From Ascidiella aspersa (lineage: Eukaryota): a stretch of DNA of 64,000 nucleotides. The notes under the pieces are model-generated. The model saw nothing but the letters and a program-made list of their open reading frames with translations, was not told the origin of the DNA and searched no databases. Both the position numbers and the translations under genes were made by a program. The stretch is taken from positions 35,712,001 to 35,776,000 of the forward strand of contig OZ004607.1 in NCBI GenBank assembly GCA_963924565.1. Direction: 5' to 3'. Of this stretch, positions 23,101 to 35,100 are shown piece after piece. The first letter of the stretch is position 1. Every line of letters begins with the position of its first letter.

Positions 23101-26100
23101 CGAGTCAATGACTTGACTTGATTGCACTTGAATCACAGTGTTAAATGAATTGGCTTGACTCAAGTCTCTTTTGACAAACCCGCCCGCACCTCTTCTTGCA
23201 CCGCAATGTGTATTGTAATGACTTGAGTCAACGACTTGAATTACTGTTTTTTTTAATGATATAATTTGACTTACGAATGATGCAATTTTGACCATTTTTT
23301 GAATGATGTGATTTGACAAAGAATGATGTGATTTTGACCATTTTTCGACGGAGTGACTACATTTGTTGTTTTCAAGATATACAGGCCAATTTTTTAACTT
23401 AAACTTAAGTATTTTAAAACAAAGTGCGTATATGCACTTGTTTTTAAGTTTAAAGTTGAAATAATAATAAACGTTGCGATTTTTTGTCAGGTAACGCCTA
23501 TTCCCCGCTAAGCAACCTACACTACATAAACGCCAATGTAAGAACAATGCAGGTTTACATTACATAAAGTCATTCGGCTTAAGGGTGTTAAGGTAAACAC
23601 TTAGTGTTGCGAACGCCGCCAAACCAGGGCCAGGTGATTGCCAGCCGGCTTTTGCAGCAGCTGCGCAAACAAATAAAGTGTTTACACGAGCGAACCTTCG
23701 AAGCAGATCGATTTGCAAACAAAGCCTTCAGGTTAAGCGCAATTTCAACTCTAAGTCCACAACCTTAAACTGATCGACGCCGGAAAAAAACGGTCTCAGA
23801 ACCGGGGAGCATCACGCCGCTGACTTCAGTGACGTAACCATTAGCCGGCGTTTCAAAGTCGCGGTCGGGTGGTGTGCGGGTGATGAGGGGGGTAACGAGC
23901 CTTAATTGCCAATCGATCGCCCTTGGGGCAAACAAAGCCGGCCATAATCGACGGGCGCACGATCGGTTACACATTAAACTGATCTTGAGACGGAGAGCAA
24001 GCACACAGCGATAAAGATTGGTGGCTTTTTCTGGGAAATTATACACAGCTCGCAGTTGGCAAACGCCACAGTCACAACAGGTGTGCTGTTGCCCTTTCTT
24101 TCCGAGGCTTGTTTCGTTAGGAAGCCGAACGCTGACAGTTTATGTGGTCGCGGCAATCAAGGTAATGTTTGCTTATGCGGTTTTACTGATTCCTACAAGT
24201 GCGGTGGGTTGGGGGTGTGGGTTGGGGGTGTGGGTCGTTTATGCCCCCTGGGAGCTACCCGTGCGGTGTACAGGTCATAAAGAGACGTTCGCACCAATTG
24301 CACCTTTTATCGCCGGAAATTTGAACAGAAACCTGTCTGTTGAGATGGATTTAAATAATACGGCTATTCCTTTTGACCAAGCGATTCTCAACTTGGGCAA
24401 AACGTGTATTCATTGATAGGCCAGAAGCTTTTTAGGAACGTAAGAGTAATATTATAATATACAATTTCTTTGCCGCATTAAAGCGACCTATATAATTTAC
24501 AGTATGCGACTAGCGGGGGAAGTTTTAACTTTTAACTTCAATTAACGTGAGGAAATTTGAGAAAATATTTTTCAAACTAGGATGCGCGCAGCGGAATTTA
24601 AAAGCCACTAGGCGTATGCGGCTGAAAACGGTTGAGAACCTCTGTTTTATCTATTGTTACCTCCTGGGCTTAACTCATGGTAGAACGTATCATAAAGGGT
24701 TGCAGTTGAAAACTAGTGAATCTGATGCGATACTGAAGTCTTCAGTATACAATAATTTATTGATAACAAGGTTTATACGTCATTGCCAAACACTTACAAG
24801 TAACTCATAAAATGATTTGCTACAGCGACAAGGTAGTAACACCAACTGCCGTAAGGACAACTACAATGATAAGGCACCATGTGCTAAGTTTGACCGTTTG
24901 ACCGCAAGTAATAGAATACTTATACATTTAAATAGGTCAAAAGCATTTACATCAAAATGCGCTCAAGCAGCAAACTCACTGTTAAACTTAATAGGAATAA
25001 TACCTTTTTATAACGTGTGTTGTATAAAAATCGTTCCAGGAAATTTGGTTTTGATCTTTAGTCGTTAAAAAGTGAACGTTCGTCAGAGGCATATATCAAC
25101 AATCGTGCGAAACATTGTTCCATAATTTAACAATCCGTCTCCAACAAAATAACGGTTGAAACACGTCAGCGCTCCGCAATATCACTCAAAAGGTTATCTT
25201 CCTTTTATCGAGAAAGTCCTGATTCACACGACAAATAAACTTTGAAATATCAAGACAAACAGCCTGGACTCTTTTTTCAACAGTTTGTTTGCGTTTCTCG
25301 CTGATTTATTTTCACGCCGATTTCGTTCGGATTCAAGCGCAAATATTGCGACGTCGTGGCCATTCTTTCAAGCTTATAGTTGATGACCGATGCGGTATCG
25401 CTGTATACACGCTTAGAGAATAAATGTTGGCTCGTTAATCGTCGCGGTTTTGATCGTTTGCTACTGGCAAGGCTTTTCCTCTTACTCGACACAAAGCCTC
25501 ATCTGTGCCCTTTTTTGACTGGACAATGTTTTATATTGTAATCAACATAAAGGTAGCTTCAGAGCTTTGTTCTCGTCAAGCGACGATTTACGTCAATTGC
25601 CTGCACCAAGCAAACAGGACTATGGCGTACATTCCCTCTCAAACCAAGGTTGTCCGGGGTAAACTCGAAAGTAGATTGATTGGCACACAGTTCGTGACCG
25701 CCTGGGGTTGAAGTACCTTTATACACACACCGGAAGAGTTGAACAAAATTTTTGTTCTGTCTGAAATGCAGATAAGCGTTGCATACAGCGTAGAACTGTC
25801 GAGTTAGCGCCCCCTAGTGGCTATTGGACCTCAGAAGGTTCGGATCATGAAAGGTTTACCGGAAAATTCGATTTCCTGCTTTTTCAGACGATTATCATGG
25901 AAATGTGGAATAATTGGTATACAACAAAGTTTGTTTTATTAACAAAGTTGTTTTCAAAGCAGAAAATCACCGATCACCGCATTCACTTATCCTATTGTTA
26001 AGAAAAGTTGTGTCGGTCGCTTCGAAAGTCGCATAAAAAACACGAAACGATTTGGAATATGTTTTAAACCTTTTGGCCACTAAATACTTTATGCTTTACC

Positions 26101-29100
26101 ATTAGTGTTGAGTAGCAACAATCTTTGTTGTGGAATACTATAATATTTAATGGTGAAAATAACGGCCCAAATAGACATAAAAAGTGACATGCTTTATTAT
26201 TCAAACGTTTCGGCAAATACTCATGCCATCATCAGTGATATGAAGGCCACATCAGATATCACTGAAGATGGCATGAGTATTTGCCGAAACGTTTGAATAA
26301 CAAAGCATGTCGCTTTTTATGTCTATTTGGGCCGTTATTTTCACCATTAAACTTATGAACAGATCCGTATATAGTGTTCCAAAGTATAATCTTTGTTTGT
26401 GGAGTACCGATGCTGTACCACCCGAAGTATAGGCTTGTTTGGATGAGCATAAAATTGATATTTCGGGCTGTACAGCAACAGACACACGCAATTGTACTAC
26501 ACAAGAAATACTTTTATTGCACAACATGTATTGTACATTCAAAATGGTAAGATTGGATAGTTACTTTATAAAAAAATGCTTGAGTGTTAAACGCCCATGG
26601 TGTGCTAAACGAGTGATTTTTGAACCGGTGTTTTGTGGAACATTAGTGAAATTATTGGGTTTCTTGCGGAACACGTGACCAACCTTTGGGGGCCACTAGT
26701 GTCCCGCGGAACTCCGGATTGAACATCACTGCTACATAGTTACTTAAATACCTACGCAGCTATACGCGCTAGGATTAAGAGTCGCGTGGCCCAGTCATAT
26801 TTGCAAATTGGGCCAAACCACAACTGAAGGCGGCGCACAGCTGTCGGCATGGAAAGCGACCAAAGGACCCAGATGTGGAATGCGGCCAAGCTCAATTGTG
26901 TGGGGCAAGGTAGCGCGCTTTCTCGTGCAATACCTGCGGGACGCTACCCCAGACTTAGCAATTAGTTCGCCGGAAATCGACGCTCGCATGTGGCTGGCGG
27001 CCCGGTGACTGACAGGCTTACGTTGTGTAAGCGTGAAGTATGTGCTCTGGTATGACAGCGTCGCTACGGCTCAACTCTATTGAAAAATCGACCCACGCAT
27101 ACTTTTGCTAACTGCTGTCTGAGGGTAGACCAGCTACAAAATGTGTAATTTTGTACATTTAACTGTGCATTCGTAGCACAACCGTACGTGTTTTTATTAA
27201 TTAACCTGTTTTATAATAAAAGTGGAATATCGTTGGTCATATACTTAAATGTGATAAGGCCAAAGCCGAAGCAGCAATATGCATTCCTACTTGTAAAGGC
27301 AATAATGCACATTCCTGCTTCGGATTTGGCCTTTTTATCACATTTAAGTATATGACGATATTCCACTTTTTATTAAAAAACAGCTTAATTGGTATTTAAG
27401 CAACTTATTTTTTCGGACTTGGGCATAGGCTGACCTTAGATGCCGTGAAAAAATGTTTTAACATTTTCCCCACAATTACGTAATAACGCATAGTTTTGGT
27501 TTGATGCCTTTCACATAACAGGAAAAAATTCTGACAAACAGTCACGGGACCATTTGCGGCTACAAACTAAATTTTTAAAAGCAGAGCCGAAATCGAAACT
27601 CAAAAAGAACGAAATGATTTGAAAGTTTCTCACGGTTATTTTGGTTGAGAGATACCGGACAGAAAAAATCTGATAAGATGGGCAGAGTTTCAAACTCTTT
27701 TTGGAAAAGAAACTTGAAGTTGAAATATCAAACCGAAAATAACACCGATATTCTCTCAACCCAAAGCTAAATCGAAATAATTTGCGAAAATATTATTTTT
27801 AGAAATTTCGCGAAAAACGTCATTTTCCGAGTGTTTCAATATAGGCCCAAATTGAAATAACTCACAGATAAAGATTACAGACTTTCTCCTGCAAAGCATT
27901 GGATGGAAATAGCTTGCGGAAAACGTAATTGCTATTAATTCGCGAAAATGTCAGTTTTCCGAAAAGGGCCGAATTTTCACATAGAAAAAATCGAATTTCT
28001 CCCTAACCCAACATTAAATAGCCGACAATGACGTCAATAAAGAGATAGCAATTCCTTAAGGGCCGGACCCCCGGCTGTCCTACAGCATTGACCTTTACAC
28101 GAAACCCCACGTAGCGGGTGCGGGACAATGGTGACCTTGTGACGTAATAATTGCCGACGGTGTCGTATTGTCACCGCGAGGGCCAACGCGTCGCGAAACG
28201 ACCGAAACGCGGCCTCAGGTTTTTCCGAGCCTCGAGTCTTTACGGGAGCCCCCAATAACCATTTTTACGGGTGTTTGCTTTCGCCTGACCTGTTTATCGC
28301 CTAGGCCGGGGGATTGTCTCTCTGTGGTCGTGAATAGCAAATCGATGGACCCCCCTGACAGGGCTCGTAATATTGCCTTTGTTGTAAAGTTGCGGTTTAG
28401 GGCTTCGAGGGATTACGTAATGCGTTGAGATTACGTAATGCGGATGACGTGTTTCGTGGCAGCAACTTGAAGACGTAACGCTATTGGGGAAGGTGTATTG
28501 AAACTTGTTGTCTTATGCAGGTTTAGCCAACTTATGTTTGATTGCAATCGACTGAAATATTTTTAGATACTCTCGATCAACTGGTTTGATGAAAAGTCAC
28601 AAGAACACTTATTAAACACTTAGAGCGTTAATTGCAATTCAAGTCAGCGATGGTTAATTTATTACAACAAATAACGCTTCATAAGGCTTGTCCAGACAAC
28701 AATTGGTCATTTTAATGTTTCGCTTGTGTGCACTTATAGTTTACTTAAAATCTAAAATAACGGCTAATACTCGAAAAAGGGTTAAGAAAAAGTTAAAAAT
28801 TAGATGACTCTGTAGAATAGCACTGGTTTAGAAATCTGTTACACAGCTGTACTTTTGATAAATCAAAATTTTTTTGCGACAATTGCCCTAAAAATTTAGA
28901 AGGTAACCTTTTTGAAAGATTAGACCGACACCGTAAATCGTTTTTGACAGTTTTGGAACAAGACAACACGAAACCCTGACCAAGTGGGAAGCAAACATAC
29001 CTGAAAACTAAAAAAGGGTCACACATACCGGCTGCCACTTTCTCGTAACGTAGCGTGGCCTGCATTTTCTGGTCATAAGACATCGACGACGGCGGACGGG

Positions 29101-32100
29101 CGGCTTTTTGCTGCAGTATTCGCGAGATACGGCCTCAACCCGACCGGTTCCCAGCATACGTTGGCAGGTCAGGGTGCGATTTTGATAGCCACAAGGTCCG
29201 TCGCACTGGTAGGCAAAAAGGAAAAACTTTGTAGGGCGTGAAAAATAAAGGGGTTTTAGATATGGAATTCTAAAAAAATAGGATCAGAACCAATGCAGGT
29301 AAAATGCTAACACTGGAGTCCTGTAGTTACTGACCCGCTTTCAAATAATTTATTCTTTCAGTGCGAACTTAACAGCCTTTGTCATCTTGTATTTTTTAGT
29401 TGAATTATTGCTTATAATCGGATGAGTTTACCAATTTTAATGGTTTAATCGTTTTATTCTTTTATTACGGGTTTGACTTGGAGATGACTTGCTCTTTAAT
29501 GACTTGACTGCTGAAACGTGACTTGGGCAACTGACGACTTGGGCTGGGACTTGCTCTATTTTAGAAAGACTTGACTTGGACTTAAGTTATTTTACAAATG
29601 ACTTGACTGGGATCAAACTTATTTCAAAAAGACTGTTGCACATAATTAAAATGGTCTCACCTCTTCCCAGGGTGAGGCTACCCATTCGGGCTCGCATGGG
29701 ACTTGGGGGCACACATTGGTCGACGGGGGCTTGGGCAGGGGGCACATCATCTTGGGCATAATCTCCCATGGTTCGCTCTCCAAGTCGTCCGAGTCCAGGT
29801 TCTCCGGCTTTTTCCTGCACACCACGCTTCTCTCCTGGACTCCTCTTCCGCATGTGACGCTGCAATCTCCCCACGCTCCCAGCACCCACCTAGCGGAAAG
29901 AAGAAAAATGAGAGGAGTTATGTTTCTATGTTGTCGCGGGTTGGAGGCTTGTGGATTTTAAGGCTTATATGTGCAGTGTAAGTATTGTTGGCAAAAACAA
30001 CGGCATATATATGTAGAATGAAGTGTCAAATTGACTGGGGAATTTGTTATATTGAATCAAAAAAATAGAGGCATCCCTATATGTGTTTAAATGAGGTTTT
30101 ACATTCTGTGAGGAATGTGTTGTTTATCAAAGCAATCGAGCGTATAATTGCAAATACCATTACTAGAGCTTTGCCCTGATAAATCTCGCGCTGCCCATTT
30201 GGGCGCAAATTACTTCCGCCCCATTTCGGAAGCGCAATCCAAACTAAAAAAAGAAAGGATTAAAACAAAGAGGTACATCGATACCAAAAAAAGCGGTTCA
30301 GCTTCCTTGCTGATAAATCTCTTTCAGTCGATTTGGGCGCAAATACTTCCATCCCATTACGGAAGCGCAATACAAACGAGGAAGCGAAAGGATTAAAAAG
30401 AAAAACGGTATAAGCACGATAACTACAAAAATGAGGTTTAGGGTTTTCTTGTTTATGAATTCGTTTTGTTTTTGGGGTGTTCGTGGTAAAGTTTGGCAAA
30501 ATGCAAATTGGAATCGCGCCTCAGCTTTGCAAAAGCAATAAGTTAATGGGGAGGCTGTTTTTTTTCGGAGGCATTTTAAACCTTGTTTTGTCGCCGCCTC
30601 CGCTCGACTCGTTCGTCAACCACAAAATTTCAATAGGTCGAATTTGGAGGCGGCGCTAAGCGTGGAACGGGATTACGAAAATTAACCGTTGGGCGCGCGT
30701 TAATTGGCAATGAGCGACGGTTCGTTAAACGCCCGAGGCAGGAAAACAGTCCTAATTACAACTGAGGGTTCAGAACAGCGGCGGGGTGAAGTGGAAATTA
30801 GGTTATTCGTCGAAAAGCTTGTCCCTTAGTCAGGGCCTTAATGATCCTGTAGGCCTAAGGCTGTTTACTACAGAAGGGCCTAATTAAACAGCCTAAATGA
30901 AACGATGTATTTATCTACTCACACACAAGCCACATATTGACTCGACTTTTTCATTGATTATCAAGAAAAAACTGTGCTGTATACTGTAACTGGATTTGTA
31001 TCACTATCAGCCTTGTAAAAACCTTTAAAAAATTAGGGACGAATTTTTCCAGGGCCCAAGGCGTATAGCCTTAGTAGCCCAATGCCAAACACTGCGATGC
31101 TTGTCCTCGCTCAGAATTTCTTGCACTCGAAAAAGCAAACTGGCAAAAACAATGCCGGCGCTTATCTCCGCGCGAGCACAAAGCAAACTTTAAAGAGACG
31201 CGACAATAAACAAGGACTCGAAAGAATGCGGCTCCCGATGCGAAAATGCGCGGAATGCGGCGGCGAAAACAAGGGCCCCGTACATCAGGTCGAAAATCTG
31301 CCGGAAAAAAGCAAACAAAGTCCCGCGGGAGGCCGAAACGACGACCCTTCGATGAGTGGTAATTAGGAAGCCGTCGCCACCGCTGTGGGGTCTAACTACA
31401 AAGGGGGCCCATTGTCGTTTCACCATTGTTCCCCGGGCGCTAGGTCCCCGCCCCCAACTTGCGCTACCGTGGCTGGCATTAATCTGGGCACGTCGGAATG
31501 TCGCGCGTTTTGAGGGGTTTGCGTTCGCGATGAAAAGCAAAGACCACCGTCGTGCTACTGTCGAAGACCTCCCACTCCCAAACAATCAGATTCTTGTGGA
31601 AAAAAAGTATTTGGCGGCCCTGGAAATTAAGCTTGAAGTATCACGGCAATAGTAACTGTCAAATAACTGAAATACAGCGTCTTCACATAATAAGTCCTGT
31701 TTCATAGAACAATGAAAGCAAATTTTTGTTTTGTTTTTACATTAATTTGTAATTTCCCCATCGCCTTCCTCCTTTAAACAGGTAAAACGTAAGAATGTAA
31801 ACCTTTGTTTTACTGCTGCTCTGTTTTTCGACTGACGCATGAAAAGAATTCCCTTGGCAGACGTTCAAAGTCCCCGGTGGTTTTGCCCCACGTATCGGTC
31901 AGGAAACCGCATCTGAGGGGTCACGCGGGGTAAATTTGGGGCCGTCTGGGGCGTGTTTTTACAGTGCGTCAGACGGCATCAAAGATATCAGCTCGGTCGA
32001 GAGATAATTTGGGGGAAAATCTTTGATCGTTTTGTTTAGGAGTGCGCGAAATTACACTTTAAGTTGGGTAAATCGACTAGTCATGTTTATGGGGTTTTCA

Positions 32101-35100
32101 AAGGGTGGCAGACTGGCAGTGTGTCATTCAAAACTAATTTAAACTAAGGTAGCGTGTCATTTGAACTTCAATGAAGTGGCGATTACACTAACTCTATTTT
32201 TTAGGCTGTAAGGGATTTCGATATGACTGGCAGCCCAGTCAAGTCGCTTGAAGAAATAGAAAACCAAGTCCCGGAACAAGTGTAAAAATTATCCAAGTTT
32301 AGTCGTAGTCCAAGTCATTGACATCGCAAGTCCAAGTCAAATTAAAATTAGTGTGCATACAGCAGAGCACTGTTCTGTGTCACTCTCTACCCAAAGGGAT
32401 GCTTGGTTAACCAAGAAACACGAGCAAAAAACAACGGCTTTACGAGGTGCCTTGCATTGAGCGTGCGGGCAAATCTTGATGTATGAGTTGCAGTAGGCGG
32501 TAAGAGCGCGTCCGCTAACACGGATAACAAGGCTAATCCTGACATCTGTCAACAACGGAAGGCCACGCAATAAACAAGCGCTGCAGTCCGGACCACAAGC
32601 ATCCTTCACCGGGCCGATTTCGGGCGCCATTGCGGGAAAGCGGAAACCCCTTTATGACCGAGTATGATTGTAATCCGTAGGTAACCGGGCTGGGGCTAAT
32701 CCTTTGTTGATTTTGCTCATAACCGCTTTGCTCGATGGAGCGAAGCTGTTCAGACGGTTCGCTTTACGCCTAGTTGAATGGCAAACATGGATGACTGGGA
32801 GCTGTAATTTCGGTTTCTCTCACAACACGGAAGCACCACATCTGAGCACCAACAAAGTGAGAGAGGGGGACGAACCAAGAATAGGCTTTTTGTTGACTGG
32901 GTTTAACAACAAACTCTATAGGTGAAAGTTAAGCCCGCCAATGCCTTATAAGCCTTTGCAAATTTGCTATGCCTTATATTTAAATCTTTGCACACAGTCC
33001 ATTGACCATAGACTTTGTTTTTCCTGTAACTCAAAATTGCAAATAATATACGCTTTAAGTCGACTGATAAGTTGCCAAAAATGCAACCAGCGGAGCTAAC
33101 TCTTGTGTATACAGCAAACTAAGATAAAACATCCTTTGGCGTGGGTAGTTTGCAGGCAAATTGTTAGAACAAACATTATTAGTTTATTAACTTCAACCCA
33201 ATACGTTTTGGTAGCAAGAAAATTGCAAAACAAACATTGCTGAAAAAGCGTTGAACGCCGTCATATATTAGCGCGAGTGAAACACGATGGTTGTTTCTTA
33301 GGTTGATCACGCAATGTTCTTTATGCGTACCCAAAGTACAGCCAAGAAATGAAAAACCTTAGATTTGACCCCTGGCCCGAAAACGGAAAGAACCAACTCG
33401 CGAATGGAACCAATGACGGATGGAACACTTGACGCACCCAGGAATATAATCAAGGCCTTGTTATCCACACTTTAACTTGCTTCGGGCCATTGGTCTTGCT
33501 GTTGATCTGTCTGCGCCCCTATTCCACAATACGTCTACATTGATTTGACTGCTCCTGTTGCAACCTAACTCTTTTGACGAGCGAAAACAGCACAATATAT
33601 TGATGGAATGGTCTTTACATTAGCGAAATGTCCTCGTCAAGTACGCATATCAACCTTATTTTACTTTCTGGCGGCGAAATCGCTTGTTACCTATTGTGTT
33701 TCAACAAAATCTCAGCCCTCGCCCGACAGTCGACAGTAAATCACCTCCTGAGCCGAAAATTGAATTCGATAAAATTAGCCCTAGGCTTCCTAAAACGTCC
33801 AAGAGCGGTGCCCAATCGCAAGCAACTGGCCATCAATCGCACTTGACCGCTCGACAGGGGTCATAGGTCGGCCGGCCGGGGTTTTGTTGACGTAACAGAT
33901 CACACTGTTGCCTAAACAAACACGTTTATCGTCTGCCAGCGTGAGGCTCGGGTGACAAGGAGGCATGGTCGGCTGACGAGCTGCGCCCGCTTGGAGCGCC
34001 AAAGAGCGGCGAAACTTGCCGAAAATCTGCGAAAAAGTCGCGAAGTGTTTCAAGATAAATTCAGGCTGATATTCCTGCGTAAATTTGGTATCGGATCGGC
34101 ACCGATACCATCCTAGTATCGGTTCAATGCAACCGCTTGAAATCGGGTATCGGCTCCGATCCCACATTAATCGGTCATACCTGATATGTAAATAAGTTTG
34201 ACAATCTTTTTGAAATGCCCCCAGCTCCGTGCCTGTCGTAACCCGACAATCAGCAGGATCCAGCTGAACACCGTTGTCCGACAGCTATTAGCGGGTGGGT
34301 GAATTTTTTAAGAAAATGTGCTAAAAATGAATTGGAGTGTTAAAAATTCGACGACGGAAACCAATCTACCAGAAACACCCAAAATCTTTGTGTTGTGTTG
34401 TTTTTTTGCTGTAACTAAATTTGGTTGATTTTTGCTTAAAATTAACGACAATATTACCCAAAGATTTTGTTTCCACTAATGATCATTATTATTTTATACA
34501 TTTCATAATATCTTTATTAAAGAGTTTTTTTGAGGGTAAGTAAATTTTCAGGAAGTGGTCATATTTAAAAAGCACGTTACTACATATGGTTGTCAAGATA
34601 AAGAGAAAGCTGGCCTAACAAGTTCTATTGAAGAAGCAATATTTGTTCCAAAAAAAAAAATAAAGCGTATACACAAACCAACCACAGATATACCAATTAC
34701 AGCACAATCCCGAAAAAGAAAAGTGCGTAAGCGTAAATACCCCCAAACTTAAAAGGCACGAAAAAAGCACCGGACCCGCAAATCAGTAAGCCCTTAAACC
34801 GTTGTTGTTGTCCGTTTTACCGGTCGAGCATGTTCGTTAGTTCCGCCCCAGCGGAACACAAGCCGTTTACTCATTGGCCCACTCAGGCCGAAAGCCCTTG
34901 ACCCCGCGCGGTCCCTTTGTTCACGTCATGTTGTTGATGACGTCATCGCTTATGTGCAGGGCGTGCCGAGTGTCCGAAGAGGGGAGAAGCGAAATGGAGA
35001 GAAAGGTCGGAAATTGCGTCTACTACACCATCGTCCACTTTCGATAGATCAAGCGCTTTGAAATCGGACTCAGTGGATTTTTGAATGGGTTTACGCCCTA

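Noticed and set aside
22873-23547. 224-aa minus-strand ORF
   Set aside because: Wrong frame across the TSR exon; mostly intronic repeat sequence, and its internal repeat reflects the local duplication
27250-27275. gtgataa-ggc-caaa-gcc-gaagc as a hammerhead
   Set aside because: Lacks both CUGANGA and GAAA; better explained as part of the fold-back arm
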